A stretch of 64,000 nt of DNA. It comes from Eledone cirrhosa (Eukaryota). The stretch lies in NCBI GenBank assembly GCA_964016885.1, contig CAXHJY010000522.1, positions 62,001 through 126,000 on the forward strand, written 5' to 3'. Made by a program: the position numbers and the translations under genes. Shown here one piece after another: positions 50,867 through 64,000 of this stretch. The notes beneath the pieces were generated by a model that was not told the origin of the DNA, searched no databases, and saw only the letters and a program-made list of their open reading frames with translations. The number at the start of each line of letters is the position of its first letter. Position 1 is the first letter of the stretch.

Positions 50867-51078
50867 GTGACTCGATGCTTCAAAGCATGGCGTCCGACCC
50901 TCTAGTATAGGTAGAGGGTCGGACGCCATGCTTTGAAGCATAGAGTCACCTCCCTTTATGATCTGAGTTTAAATCCCGCTGAGGTTAACTTTGCCTTTCA
51001 TCCTTACGGGGTCGATAAAATAAAGTACCAGTAATGTACTGAGTAATTGCTGGCCTTGTGCCAAAAGTAGAAACAATT
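50867..51078 (+). mobile_element. SINE family 1 copy with an inverted 5' segment
   Basis: 50867-50905 is the reverse complement of 50912-50950; flanked by ATTATTATAT. Confidence 0.8.
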
Positions 51079-51543
51079 ATTATATGATAAATTAATAAAA
51101 CCATCAAATGTAATTTTTAAAAAATTTTAAATGTACAGCTCACACCTATGCAGATTTTGCATGCCTTTAATGATTTTGAATCTCATAGGATGTTTTTTAG
51201 GTGATCTGAGGATATGGGCTTCATGTGAAAAGCAATGACAAATGAAGTGTCTTACTCAAAAACACAACACACCATCAATCCAGGAGTTGAACCTATGACC
51301 ATATGATTGTGTGATTATGAGTCCAGCTTCCTAACCACTAGGCCATGTGCCTTCAGTCATTAATTCTAATGTAATTATTAATATTTTCTGAATGAAAAAA
51401 TAAAAAAGGGAGGAAAATCATCATCATCAATTTAAACTTTTCCATTCTTGATAGCAAGTCATGAGTGCTGAATAAAGAGAACATGCAGAGACTTGAAGGA
51501 AACAGCAAACATGCTTTACTGGATATATATATATATATATGGT

Positions 51544-51871
51544 GGAGGCACATGGCTTAGTGGTTAGAGCATTGGCTTTGCAATCGAAAGGTTGTGAGTT
51601 CAATTCTCAGACCGGGTGATGTGTTGTTTCCTTGAGCAAGACACTTTATTTCACGTTGCTCCAGTTTACTCAGCTGTAGAAATGAGATTATAGGGACTGG
51701 GATCCCTATCTTTCGTGGAGGTGCCACGGCAAAAAAGCACCCAGCACTCACTGTAAATGAGGTTGGTGTTAGGAAGGGCATCCAGCTGTAGAAATCAAGC
51801 CAGAATCAGTTCCCGTCCCACCCTTGCAAGCAGGGAAAAGTGGACGTAAAATGAAATGATGATGATGATGA
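51544..51871 (+). mobile_element. SINE family 2 copy
   Basis: Near-identical to 31306-31650. Confidence 0.88.
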
Positions 51872-51957
51872 TATAATAATATCAGAATGCAGGAACAATA
51901 GAGTATAAGTGTGTTGAGAGAGACATGGTCCCTGCAATAGTAAGAAAATGAGATGAA

Positions 51958-53106
51958 TCATCATCATCATCATCATCACCGTTTTACATCCGTTCTTCCA
52001 CGCTAGCATGGGTTAGACGGGTTGTCTTGTTGTGGGCAGTGTCCGGTCGGCTGACCTTGTCTTGCTCATACGGGTACTGATTCTGGCTTGATTTCTACAG
52101 CTGGTTGCCCTTCCTAACACCAACTTCATTTACAGTGAGTGCTGGGTGCTTTTTTTGCCGTGGCACCTCCACGACCACTTTGCAATGGGAGGGTGTGGGG
52201 GCATATTGTCTATATGCTTCAGCTTCAGCTTGTTACTGTATGGGGTCGGGTCTTCTGTATTACTGCGTGACGCCAGAAGTCACGGTCGTGTGTCATCGCC
52301 TTTGAGAGGTGTAATTGGGTAAGGTCGGCTTTTATCACCTTATACCAGGTCTTCTTGGGTCTCCCCACTCCGCGGTTTCCATCGACTTCTAGTGCTCTGC
52401 ACCTTTTTATGCAGCTGTCATCCTTCATACGCATCACATGTCCATACCAACGCAACCGCCTCTCCTTCACACATAATTTGATTCCTCTTATGCACAGTCT
52501 CTCTCTCAACTCATTTATGCTTTGCTGTTTGTGTATATTACTATTACACATCCATTGGAGCATGCAGGCTTTGTTTCTTTCTAATCTACGCAAGTCTTCT
52601 GCAGTCAGCGCCCAGGTCTCACTACCATGTAACATTGCTGTTCGTATACATGCATCATACAGTCTGCCTTTCATTTTGAGGGAAAAGCCTTTTGCAGCTA
52701 GCAGTGGCAGTAGCTCCCTGAACTTCTTCCATCCTGTTCTTACCCTAGTTATTGTACTTTCCGTGCACCCACCTCCGCTGCTAATTCGGTCACCTAGGTA
52801 GCTGAAGCTGTCTACTGTTTCTACAGAGCCCTCCCAGAGATTGATGGTACTTGTTTCCTGAGGCTGTTTGCTGCTTGCTGTCCCAGCACAGCTGCTACAT
52901 GTGAAGCCTACATTCTTAGTTAAGCTTCCTGAGATCCCGCTACATCTCTTGTGTACCCATTGTTTGCATTTGGGGCAGAGAATGGAGTTCCTACCTACAC
53001 CTTTCCTACATACTGAGCAAGGCCACTTCTCTGAGGGGATCTGGGTTCTGTTTTCTTGTCTACTTACAAGGACCTTAGTCTTTGTCAGGTTGACTTTGAG
53101 ACCCTA
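51958..53106 (-). mobile_element. 5'-truncated RTE LINE (subfamily A)
   Basis: Reverse complement of ~12570-13730, including the PHD-type finger, C-terminal domain, 3' UTR and (GAT)n tail. Confidence 0.92.
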
Positions 53107-53844
53107 TGAAAAACAATATATAGACATGTAACTCCAGATGAGGTTGTAGGGACACTGTATTAACATACAGTGTGATTTAGGCATTTTTTAAAACATAGCC
53201 AAGACCAACTCCTTTCAATGTCTGAACACAGTCGATTTCTTTCAGTGAAGAAGAGATAGTAAAACAGAGAGAAGGGAAGAAAACGTGAAACAGATATAGA
53301 ACGAATATTGACCCCAGGACTGGTTTGATACTTTTTATATTGACCTTGAAAGGATAAAAGGCAAAATTGACCTTGGTGAGAAGAGCATATGAGTAAACAG
53401 TCACTTGTCAGTCTAACTCATGAATGCATAGAAAATAGACATTAAATAGTGATGATAATGTGTCTGCTCTCCATGTTCACTCAATGGACCACAGCTTGTT
53501 CATATATTCTATTTTTGGCATGATTTCTACAGCTGGATGGAAGGCTTCACATGCTGCTCAGTTTAACACATTATCAGGCTCTTGTGTGTCTGTTTTTAGT
53601 GCAATTCCCATAGTAGAAATTGTTTCAACCAGTTAGATTTTCAACACATGTCTTACAGACACATTAATTTTCATCAGTCTAAGTGACATATAACATTGAT
53701 ATAGTATGATTCTGCTGGAAATAGAATCATATATGTGGTTATCTTCTGATGAGGAAACAAAAAAATCCCCAAAACATAAAGGTAATCTCTGTGTTTCTGT
53801 GTTCAGAGGAATAGTTGAATGCGTTTATGATGATGATGATTACA

Positions 53845-54986
53845 CAGCTAGAGCTGTGAAATCTTGCAGGCATTAATTTCAGCTCTTCTTAATATATGCA
53901 TTGTTTCTCCCCATGCAACCCGACATCTGACTGTTCAAAGAAGTCTTCAAATGTAACTAATAGTGATTTTTCTTGAAAATGGACAAAATTTGGCATTGTG
54001 ATTGTAGAAAAATGGTTTACACTAGATGATGCACCAGCTTTATCAACAGTGCAAAAGTGGGCAACTGAATTTAGAATGGGAAGGGAGAGTCTTGAAGATG
54101 ACCCAAGATCTAGATGTCCTGCAGCTGCCACCACTGAGGAAAACATTGATCATGTTCTAGCAAATGCTATTAGTATATACTGAGAGAGAGTTGAATATAT
54201 TCTGCACAATGAACTTAGCATGATGAAGCTTTCTGCTTGATGAGGGTCACATCTCCTGACACCTGATCAAAAGTGCACCAAACTGATCACACCACGAGAA
54301 AATCTGACATTGTTTGAGGCAGATCCAGCTGGTTTCCTTGAATGTTTCCTAACCCAGTTTGAGTGTTGTGTTCATCACTTTTAGCTAGAGACAAGGAGAG
54401 AATCTATGCAGTGGAAACAACCCTCAGCACCTGCTCCAAAGAAGGCCAATGTGGTGTTATCTGCAGGGAAGGTGATGGCCTCAGTTTTGGGGAATACAAA
54501 AGGATTTGTGTTTATTGACTATCTTCAAAAGGGCCACACCATCAATGGAGAGAATACCAACTTGCTGAGGCAGTTATGAAAGGCTATCAAGACCAAATGC
54601 CCGGGAAAACTGAGTCTTGTTTCATCAGGACAATTCCCCAGCAGACAGGTCTTTGGTTTCAATGGCTGCTGTGCATGACTGTGGCTTTGAACTGGTTGAT
54701 CACACTCCCTATTCACCTGATTTGGCCCCATCTGATTACCATCTATTCCCTAACATGAAAAAACACTTGGCTGGATACTAGTATTGCAGATATTATGACA
54801 TCCTATCTTATGTTGATGAATTTTTTTACCAACAGGAGGAAAGCTTCTTCACCAGTGGGATCCAAGCACTGCAACGCTGATGGAAGAAGTGTGTGAACTG
54901 GAAGGGAGGCTATGTCGAAAAATAAACCTCATTTGCTCACATTCAGTGTCTTGGTCAGCCTATGAATTTTTCAGCTGACCCTCATA
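53845..54986 (+). mobile_element. Decayed mariner transposon (DD34D transposase pseudogene)
   Basis: TVQKWATEF..GRESLEDDPRS, HLLTPDQK, SMQW, SAGKVMAS, DYLQKG.TING, HQDN, PYSPDLAPSDYHLF and WKKCV..GGYVEK*; right TIR at 54956-54986; many stops. Confidence 0.9.
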
Positions 54987-56864
54987 TATCTACATTAAAT
55001 ATACCTTAAATCTAATATGTGATGTATTTTACCATAAATATATATAATTTAATAAGTTCATTGTCATGCCAAATGTATACACATCACATACATTTGACAG
55101 GCTATTTCAGCTATTTTGTACATCCTGCTTCACATATAGAGTTGCTATAGTAATATTCCTATATATGCAAAATCATAGGGGCAGTTATCTTCTGATAAGG
55201 GGATAAAAATCTCCAAATTGCACAAAGGTAATCTCTTCTAGTTTTCTGTGTACAGATAAATAATTCTTTATACTTTTGGCACAAGGCCAACAATTATCCT
55301 AGTGTATCACTGGTACTTTATTTTATCGACCCCGTAAGGATGAAAGGCAAAGTTAACTACGGCAAGATTTGAACTCAGACCATAAAGGGCCATAACTCTT
55401 TGCTGCAAAGCATGGCATCCGACCCTCTACTGATACTGCCAATCCACCTGGAAAATGATTACATTTCATTCTTTTCCCAGTAAAAACTTCTAATTTAAAA
55501 AACTGTGGTTATACTTGCATTAGATTTACCACAAAAAGTACACACACACACACACACACACATACATATATACACACAATATACACGCACACACATTACA
55601 CATACATACCTCCATCCATGTGCACACATATATATATATACACACACACAGCCATAAAATAGGCTATATATATCCTAGGCCAGATTAATTTCAACACTAA
55701 TAAATATTTACACACTACTTTGGTATTGAGTATTTTCCTCTTGTTATGGTGATGGAGAAAATATGGGAAGTTATGAGGTTAGATTGGAGGTGTTTTAGGT
55801 GCCATAGTATGATGTGTTAGGAAGGTTATGTGGAGAGATAGTAGTTGAAAAAAAAAGGCAAAGGCATTTAAGCAATTCCTCTACTTCCTTTTCAGTCACA
55901 CATTACTGTATTTGATTGCATATAAGATTTCCCTCCTTCAAAAAAAAAAAAAAAAAAAAAAAAATTGTCTTAAAAATATCCTCCACAACTCATCCAAGTC
56001 TTATATACAAAGTTGAGGTATCTGATAGGTTAATGTTTTCCTTCTTAATATTCCCTGCTGAAATGGGAAGGGGATTTTATGTTGGAGGTGGGGAAATATG
56101 CCATCAAATATAGTACTCTGTACTCCCACTACTAACTCGTATCTACCACCCACCCTATCTCTCACTGCCATCAACCTCACTATCTGCACACTGCATACCT
56201 CCACAATCTAATTCCTTACCCAAATCCCCAAATCCAATGATCTCAGCTACCTCATTTCCACCTGCATCCGCCTCATGGGACTCATTTCATAATTAGGTCA
56301 CATTTTGTTGCTGCCCTTCATTCCAACATCCTTACCAGCAATCACGCACTTCACCTCTTTAATTCCTCTTACTTCTCACTCAACCTCAATAACGTCATTT
56401 ACAACAATCACACCTTCCACAACTAACTCCCCCTACTTCCAGCATCCTTAATAACAATCACACCCTCCACCTCTTTAACTCCTCTTATTGGTCCCCTAAC
56501 CTCTCCTGATTCCTGGACATCAAAACCCATTCCTAACAATGACAGTCTCTTGCATTTGACAGGTGTTTCACAATAATGACACCTGTTGATTGGCATCCTC
56601 CAAGCTGTTCAATCATTAGCAACACTTTCTCATTTCTTGTAATCAATATGGTACTTGATCAGGTTGCTTCAACGGAAGCCTTTTGCATGCAGCTTGGGCC
56701 TTTCTTCCACTCTTACTTCTCTTTGACGAATACCACTAATCTTCAATACATTAAACATGGCCGAGCCAATATAAGTGTCGTTTATGCAGGATTGACACCC
56801 ATTTTGGCAGTTCCACTAATTGCAACACTTTGATGTTAATGATTTTACCTAGGCATGACAAGCC

Positions 56865-57530
56865 TCAGACCTTAGGGAGACACCATAAACAGAAATAACT
56901 TAGCTTATTTACAAGTCTTGAGTGATTAGTCCATGACTTATAATACAGCATGAGCCTATGAGGCTCTGATCTTAGTCTTTGTATTGAGTTTGTAAGCTTT
57001 CCAAATATTATGACTGCCTTGCCTATCCTAATATTGTTCTCTTCATCTAAAGATACCAATGATGTAAAAGTAGAGCCCAAGACAACATACCAATTGTTAC
57101 CAATGAACATCTATTCAATAAGATATGAATAGGAACAGTGCTTCATTGTGATTAGATAGCTCTCTCCTATGTGCTGATCTCTAGTGAAAAGTCTTTATAT
57201 TCTAAAGCAATTTTGCCAAACATTTCTTGCAGGGTTGAATCACTGCACACAATTAGTACTACACTGTCAGTAAAAAAAAACAGATGCCTAATAGTGGAAT
57301 CTGATACCATGAGACTTCTGCACTCAGTTTTGCTAAGATGAACATAAATCTATCTGTTCTCCAGCGTACAGAGATTTCACAAGGTGTTTCTTTGAATGTA
57401 CACAGCAGTAAGATGGTAAGATATATCACAAATAGTGTTGGGGAAGGTATGCAACCCTGCTTGACTCCATTCTTGATATCAAAACTGTCTGAGGTGGAAT
57501 TATCAAATTACAAAGTTACCGTCATGTAAA
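56865..57530 (-). mobile_element. Old BovB-like RTE RT fragment
   Basis: FDIKNGVKQGCIPSPTLF and LGST..SLDEE..RIGKA..FGKL. A plus-strand fragment of similar type lies at ~58410-58625. Confidence 0.7.
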
Positions 57531-57589
57531 CAATCAACAGGGTAACACGAATCCATCACTCCCTAAAAAGACCGAACTATATAAAGATC

Positions 57590-57770
57590 TAACTGTAGAA
57601 AAGCTCTTAAAAGCTTTATAGGAACTATCTCACTACACAGTAAAAGAGTTCTCAAAAGCTAAACATGAACTATTTGACACCACTGTAGAAGAGTTCTCAA
57701 AAATGATACACCAAGTATCTGACTCCACTGTTGGAGAGCTCATAGACACTACACATGAACTATTTAATAT
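57590..57770. repeat. Short minisatellite (~45 bp unit, ~4 copies)
   Basis: Repeated ACTGTAGAAGAGTTCTCAAAAGCT..GAACTATYTGACWCC. Confidence 0.6.
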
Positions 57771-58680
57771 CTAATCAGAAGAGAATGACAGTATTCTGGC
57801 TGTGCTCCTTAAAGTGGTTCTTTTTGAGGCATGTTTTATGGCCAGGTGCCCTTTCTGGTGTAAAGTCTTTAGTTGTCTCCAGTGATACACAAATATTAAG
57901 TATACCTTTACTAAACCAAATAAGCACGAAATGGTGTATGCTGCAGATGTAAGATGTGTCATGATTTACGGGAGAAAGGCAATGGTATTGCACTTAGAGC
58001 AACAGAAAAGGCTAGAAAGAACAGAAATGTGAATGGTTCAGTATCACTCAAAGATAGAAAAACAAACAATGAATTACAATATAAAGAGGATGCAAATAAA
58101 GTCAATGATAAATGCAAAAAAAAAGGAATGAAAGTGTTGAGAAAGGATAAAAGAGGTTGTGTGAGAGGAGAGATGGATATGAATGTGGAAGGAAGTAGAG
58201 GCAGGAGAAAACCAAAAACGACATGTTTTGGAAAGATGTAGGAAGAAAAGAAAGCCAGAGGGTTGGTGAAAAGGAATGCAGATAAGGCAAAGTGGAGAAC
58301 TTGCCATAGGGCCCACCAAGCTAAGCCCTGCTTTAGCATAGAAAATAACCTTAAAATATTTGTTTTGCTGCTACTTAAAGAGAATAGGAACATTATTTTA
58401 CCCCATATATAGGATCCTTTGGTGGAGACAGGAAACTATTCCAAATGAAATCAGAAATGCCAATATAATTACATTGTATAACAATGAAGATAACAAGGGC
58501 AACTGTAAACTAGTGATTAATTTTTCCATTTTATGCAATAGGGAAAATATTTCACCATATTCTATCTCTAACAGGAACTACAAATCTGGCTAGAAGAATA
58601 CTGCCAAAAAATCAATTAGGTTCATAGACAAACATTTATAATTATATATGTGTATATAAATGTGTATAAATATATATATA

Positions 58681-59772
58681 TAAGGCCATTAGAGACAAAA
58701 GACTAGCATGGAAGGCTTGGAAAAAGGGTGGGAGTAGGCAAGAATATACAGCCACTAAGAGAGAAGCTAGACGCCAAGTGTACTTAGCACGCAGGGAGGC
58801 GGAGAGTAGGAGGTTTGCCAATGTTCTGTGACGGGAAGATCAGAGGCGTGCGGTGTTCCACATTGCAAGGCAGTGTGTCAATGCAAATCAGGATGTTGTT
58901 GGAGATAAATGTGTCCGGGATGATGCCGGTGTACTTAGTGTCACGAATGATCAGAAAAAGGAGGCCTGGAAATGTCATTATGAGAGACTGATGAATGTGG
59001 AGAACGAATGGGAGATAGAGAAATTACCCTTAGTAGATCCGACAGAGGGACCAGCTATTGAGATTGACGAATATAGGGTCCAAGAGGTGATCAGGGAAAT
59101 GAAAAATGGTAAGTCTGCTGGACCATCGGGAATAGTTGCTGAGATGCTGAAGGCATCAGGGGACATAGGCACTAAACTGGTTGCACGCATCATCAATCAG
59201 GCTATATATGGTGGTGTCATACCCAAAGACTGGTGAAGTTTAGGGAGCTGCTTCCTCTGCTGATGAAGAAGGGTTTCTCCCTGCATACGAAAGGACGGTT
59301 ATATGATGCCTGTGTGAGGAGCGCGATGCTGCATGGTAGTGAGACATGGGCAGCAACTGCAGAGGATATGCAACGGGTGGAGAGAAATGAGGCAAGCATG
59401 CTCCGTGGATGTGCAGTGTAAATGTGCATGAACGACCCAGCATAAATGTGTTGAGTGAGAAACTGTGTCTGAGAGGGATAGAATGTAGTGTACGGGAGAG
59501 GAGACTGAGGTGGTATGGACATGTGATGCGCATGGAGGATGACCGATGGGTGAAGAAGTGCCAGGAAATGCCAGTTGAAGGAAGACGTGGTAGAGGTAGA
59601 CCACGAAAAACATGGGCGGAGGTGGTGAGAACAGACCTCAGATCATTGAAGCTGACGGTGGAGATGACGAAGGACCGTGACGAGTGGAGAGATGCTGTGC
59701 TGAATAAGACCCGTCCCACCCTTGCAAGCAGGGAAAAGCGGACGTAAAATGATGATGAAGGATGATGATGAT
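58681..59772 (+). mobile_element. RTE subfamily C copy, 5'-truncated, with the RT core deleted at ~59234
   Basis: Close match to 44263-44812, joined directly to the KFRELLPLL region; (GAT)n tail. Confidence 0.9.
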
Positions 59773-60109
59773 GTGTATATGAGTGTATATATATATATAT
59801 ATATATACACATTTGTATGCATGTGTGTGAATAACTTCTAGAATTAGATTTTTTTTCTTTTGAAAATAATGAATTAATTTCAACTATGTAAATTTCTGAA
59901 CGGAAAATATTTCTATTTATTTTCATATTCTATTTTATTTTGTTTATTGGTCAATAATTAGCATTACAAAATTTTATAATACAGTCCATTTTCAGAGTGG
60001 GTTACAGGCATAAATAATTGTATCCTTTTATCTTTGATAATAAATATAAAGTATTAATTTTTTATATAATTATTTTTTCATAAATGTTTAACAATAAAGA
60101 TGTAAGAAT

Positions 60110-60720
60110 GACTGTATCATGAAGTTCACTTTGCAGCCATATAGTAGTGGTTTCAGTTCCACTGCATGGTACCTTAGGCAAGTGTTTTCTACTGTAGCCT
60201 TGAGCTGACTGCCTTGTGAGTGAAATTTGGTAGATGGTAACTGGATGGAAGACTGCCACGCATGTGGCGTGGCATGGCGTGGCGTGTGTGTGTGCAAAAT
60301 AAATTTCTCAACTATTCAGTTATACCCTCAACCAGTTTGACCATAACCCCAAACTAAATTCTTTTAATCTCTCCCTTCATGATTGTGTGGTTAAGGAGAT
60401 TGCTTTACAACCACTCGGTTTTGAGTTCAGTCCCACTGCATGATGCATTGGACAAGTGTCTTCTACTATAGCCATAGGTTGACCAATACCTTATGTGTGG
60501 AATTTGGTAGAAACTGCAGAGGCCCAGCATATAATATGTACGTGTGTGTCACAGTGTTTATATTCTACGACTTGGCAATTCAACAACAAACATCAATAAA
60601 ATAAGTACCAGATTTCAAAAATAAGTTCTGGAGTCAATATGATCGACTAGATCCCTCCAAGGCAGTGCTCCAGCATGACCACAGTCTAATGACCAAAACC
60701 AGTAAAGTATAGATAAAAGA
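60110..60720. mobile_element. Two divergently oriented copies of a CORE-like tRNA SINE (60110-60270 minus, 60380-60720 plus)
   Basis: B-box GAGTTCAGTCCC and GGACAAGTGTCTTCTACTATAGCC core. Both tracts share the CCACTGCATG..CAAGTGT..CTACT..AGCC body; orientations were read by eye. A related copy lies at ~21420-21580. Confidence 0.45.
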
Positions 60721-60999
60721 GTAAATGAATATAGCCATTATTTCCTATTTAAAAACATTTTCGTCCAGAATTCTATTTTGTGATTGGCTAGCTACATGAA
60801 TAATATTTTGTCTTAGATATATTATTTGTTATTTTTGGTATATTAATTACAAATCTTATACAAAATTTCTCTCATTCACCATCTCTCTCTCTGAGTCCCA
60901 ATGTATGAGAGCATGCATGTGTGCAGGTGTAAAGAAAGCAACTGAAAGTGTGATTAAGGATGTGAGGTGAAGAGATGGTGAGATATTTAAAATATCTGG

Positions 61000-62610
61000 T
61001 GAAGTAGGTCATAACTAGTCAATGAGGTAGTAAAGGAATGTGTCATAGCCAATGTCAAACATATCTGTTCATCAGTTGTCACAAGAACAAAAGATATACT
61101 CAGAAGATAGGCAACTACAGAAGTACTAAATAGATGGTCATGTGAGGAAAGTTACTTCAAGAACTATAGCAGAGCTGATTGGTTTTATACCAGGAAAGGC
61201 TACCGGAGAAATACTAAACTAGGAATAAGCCATTCGACCTAGCTTATTTCAAGCTGGAGAAGGCTTTGGCAGGGTTTCATGCTCTGTAGTGTGGTGGTCA
61301 CTAAGAAAACTACAGAAGGATGAATGGGTTGTGAGAGCTGTATAAGTCATGTACCAAGGTACCATGAGCAAAATGAGGGTCAATAAGGAGTTTAATGAAT
61401 AATTTAGCATGCATGTTGGTGTACATCAGCATGCAACCCTCTCCTGATTATTAACCCATTTGATACCAACCTGCTCAAAACTGGATCTGGTTCTACAAAA
61501 AAAAGCACCCATTTTAAAGGGTTTATATTTAAATAAAAAATCTATCAACATAATCTTATACATGAACCATATGTTAAGTTACTATCTTAATGTTTGTAAC
61601 TCCTTGAAAATCCTTCATTAATTAATTGAAATTGAGTGTATTTCATTCGGAATATGTTCAGAAAAGGGTTATTGTACCCCACATCATATCAGAGGAATTT
61701 AAGATGAGTTATCTATGTGATGACCTAATTCTCATAGAATCAGCTAAAGATTTGGTAAAGAACTTTCAAATGTGGAAACAAAGCTGGGAATCAAGGGCCT
61801 CAATGGAAATCTAGCAAAGACTAAATATTGGTTAGCACAAAAGAAGAAATAACTCTATCATTTGTAAAGTGACCATACTTGATATGCAGAAAAAGAACAG
61901 ATTACAATCTACCTATGGATGTACAAGACATGTAGTAGGATCACAGGCAGGATTGCAGTAAAAGTAGATGTAATATGTGGCAAGAGTAGTTAGCATTTAG
62001 AGTATTCATGAAATAGATTCTTTCTAAGCATTTGAAAGCTTCATATCAGTAGTTGATTCATTTTGTTACCTAAATGATCAACTTAATGATTACTTACAGG
62101 TGGTGGAAGCGCTGAAAGTATAGTTGTCAAAGTAAGAACAAGGTGGAAACATTTCAGGGAATTCTACTGATAATAAAGTGTTTCTCTCATAGAATAAAGG
62201 ATAATTTTTACTTGTATATGTAGTGGGATGGTGAATGGTGGCAAGGCACAGACCTTCAATGTGGGAAATAAATGACATCAGCATGTTTGGCTAGATGTGT
62301 TATGTCAGCATGCATGAATGACAGTAAAATCAGCTGAAAGTAAAACTGGATATAAAAAGAATCGAGTGTTGTATGCAAGACAGAAATCTAAACTCAGGTG
62401 AGCATGTGATGTGTATGGAGGATGATAATGTAAAAGGTGTTGAGCACTTTAAATAGATGGAGCTTGTTGGAGATGGAGACTAAGAAAAGCATGAGACAAA
62501 GTGGTGAAAACTTATCTCCAGAGTCTAATCCTCACAAAGATGCTAATGGACTGTGAATCATGGTGAAACACTGTACTAGAGATCTACTGAACCTATGTAA
62601 GCATAGAAAA
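61000..62610 (+). mobile_element. Highly decayed RTE LINE interrupted by a piggyBac MITE (61451-61672)
   Basis: Residual LEKAF.RV..VVWWSLRKL..DEW.VRAV, VGVHQ, DDLILI and FQMWKQ; RTE-like 3' end. Confidence 0.7.
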
Positions 62611-63189
62611 ACAAATTTGAAATTGAAGAATGGAATATATCTAATATATATTTCTAAAACTTTGTGTGTGGCCATTTCTTCTCCCTACCTCATTTCAGAC
62701 TGTGTGTTTTACTTCTGTTCCCATTACTCATTTGCTTTCATTTTTCATTCACTCTCTATTGCTATTTCTCTTATATTTTCCCCTCTTTCTCAGTCTTCTT
62801 TTTCCTCAAACTCTCTGTTGTCATGATGTCATTCTCTTTCCTCAAAACTTATCACCCCTGTTTCTCTCTCTACAACATTTTCCTTATTTCACAGTTGTCA
62901 TTTGAACAATTTATGGTATATCAAGAGTTATTTCATTAAAAAAAAAAATAGCAGTCAATATATATATACCTAAATATGTATGTAAATACGTATGTGTGTG
63001 TGGAGAGGATACACACATAATAATAAACACTCATTCGCACATACACACACATTAAAAAGTATACATCATGTCACTCATGTATCATTTTTTATTCACATTC
63101 AATTAGCGATTTTCATGATATTTTTTCCCCTAAGTATGCAGAAAGGGGTTATGCCTATGACCTTTGCAGGCTCCCTGAGAGGGCCATAA

Positions 63190-63800
63190 GATTGAAGCAA
63201 TTGATGTTCAGTTTAAATTGTTGCTAGTTGACTCCATACATGAAAGACATGTGCAGGAAAAGAATTCCAGAAGGAAGACATTCTGTGGAAGAATGACTGA
63301 GTATATTGGTTAGTGCAAGGCCTTGGAGTTTGGGTACAATATGAATAATAAAAAGAGAGATGAGTAAGACAGGTGTGCTTGAGTGAAAGTGGCATGTGGT
63401 CAGCCAGCTGCAAGGAGCAGATGCCCTTGAAGTAGTGGTAGAAATGTGAGCCAGAGGCTAGAGCATGTCTGTCATTTATTTTAGGCCAATCAGATGAGAG
63501 GCCTTTTTGAGGATGTGTGTGTGTGGTAGCAGCACCATCCCAAATATGTGACCACTACTCCATTATGGGTTTTACTTGAACATTGTAGAGTCAGAGGTTG
63601 TTGGGGATGAAGTATTTTCTGGCTGTGACGAGAAGAGTCAGTCTATTAGATGCAGTTCTAGCTGCGTTTAGGATGTGTGTTCGCCATGAGAAATTCTCAG
63701 TGATAGTGAGGCCTAGCATTTAGAGCAAACGTGAGAGCTCTTCTGGTTGTGTGCTGTTCATGTTTAAGGGTGGTGAGGTGCAGAGATGTTTTAGTTCCAT
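63190..63800 (-). mobile_element. Decayed CR1/jockey-group LINE 3' fragment
   Basis: LYNVQVKPIME..HIWDGA and Y..SFF.R..FWNSFPAHVF. Confidence 0.6.
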
Positions 63801-63894
63801 ACACATGCATTCAAAAAAGTAAATGAATAATAGCAATAAAAATGAATCGGATCAATCACAAATTTGATTTCAGTCATTGCAGTCATAAAGAAGC

Positions 63895-64000
63895 CTCTTC
63901 TTCACCCACTTATTCCTGGGGGGGTGGGGGCAGAGTCTTCAAATGCTCCTTCCAGCGGGTCCTGTCACAAGCAACCGTCTCCAACTGGATCCCCAAGAGA
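63895..64000 (-). mobile_element. Rex3/Expander-like RTE 3' end, cut by the window edge
   Basis: Homologous to 47562-47752. Confidence 0.7.

Noticed and set aside
55130-55175. Minus-strand peptide RNITIAT resembling the expected upstream PLXDC exon
   Set aside because: No preceding FPFYG motif, an in-frame stop just upstream and no splice donor; coincidental.

Overview
AT-rich, microsatellite-laden animal genomic DNA. The SINE and RTE families suggest a coleoid cephalopod (octopus-like); this is inference. The only host gene I can support is on the minus strand: six coding exons with GT-AG boundaries and consistent phases (28326-28448, 15603-15659, 8016-8080, 6500-6593, 1802-1894, 1059-1201). 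They splice into a plexin domain-containing protein (PLXDC1/2, TEM7-like; NIDO-like region plus PSI domain), and I found neither end of the gene. Everything else is apparently intronic and mostly transposon-derived: several RTE-clade LINE subfamilies whose ORF carries an embedded PHD-type C4HC3 finger, two Penelope-like fragments (RT and GIY-YIG), a deleted piggyBac with related MITEs, a decayed mariner with MITEs, two Helitron-like elements, tRNA-derived SINEs, a 5S-derived relic, minisatellites and kilobase-scale TA/CA microsatellites. The most notable unexplained signal is structured or catalytic RNA. It includes several minimal hammerhead ribozymes (two back-to-back in a ~310 bp palindrome), a candidate HDV-like ribozyme at the 5' end of a tandem 600 bp element, and a covarying, tandemly repeated pseudoknot-plus-hairpin module shared by LINE UTRs and a SINE.
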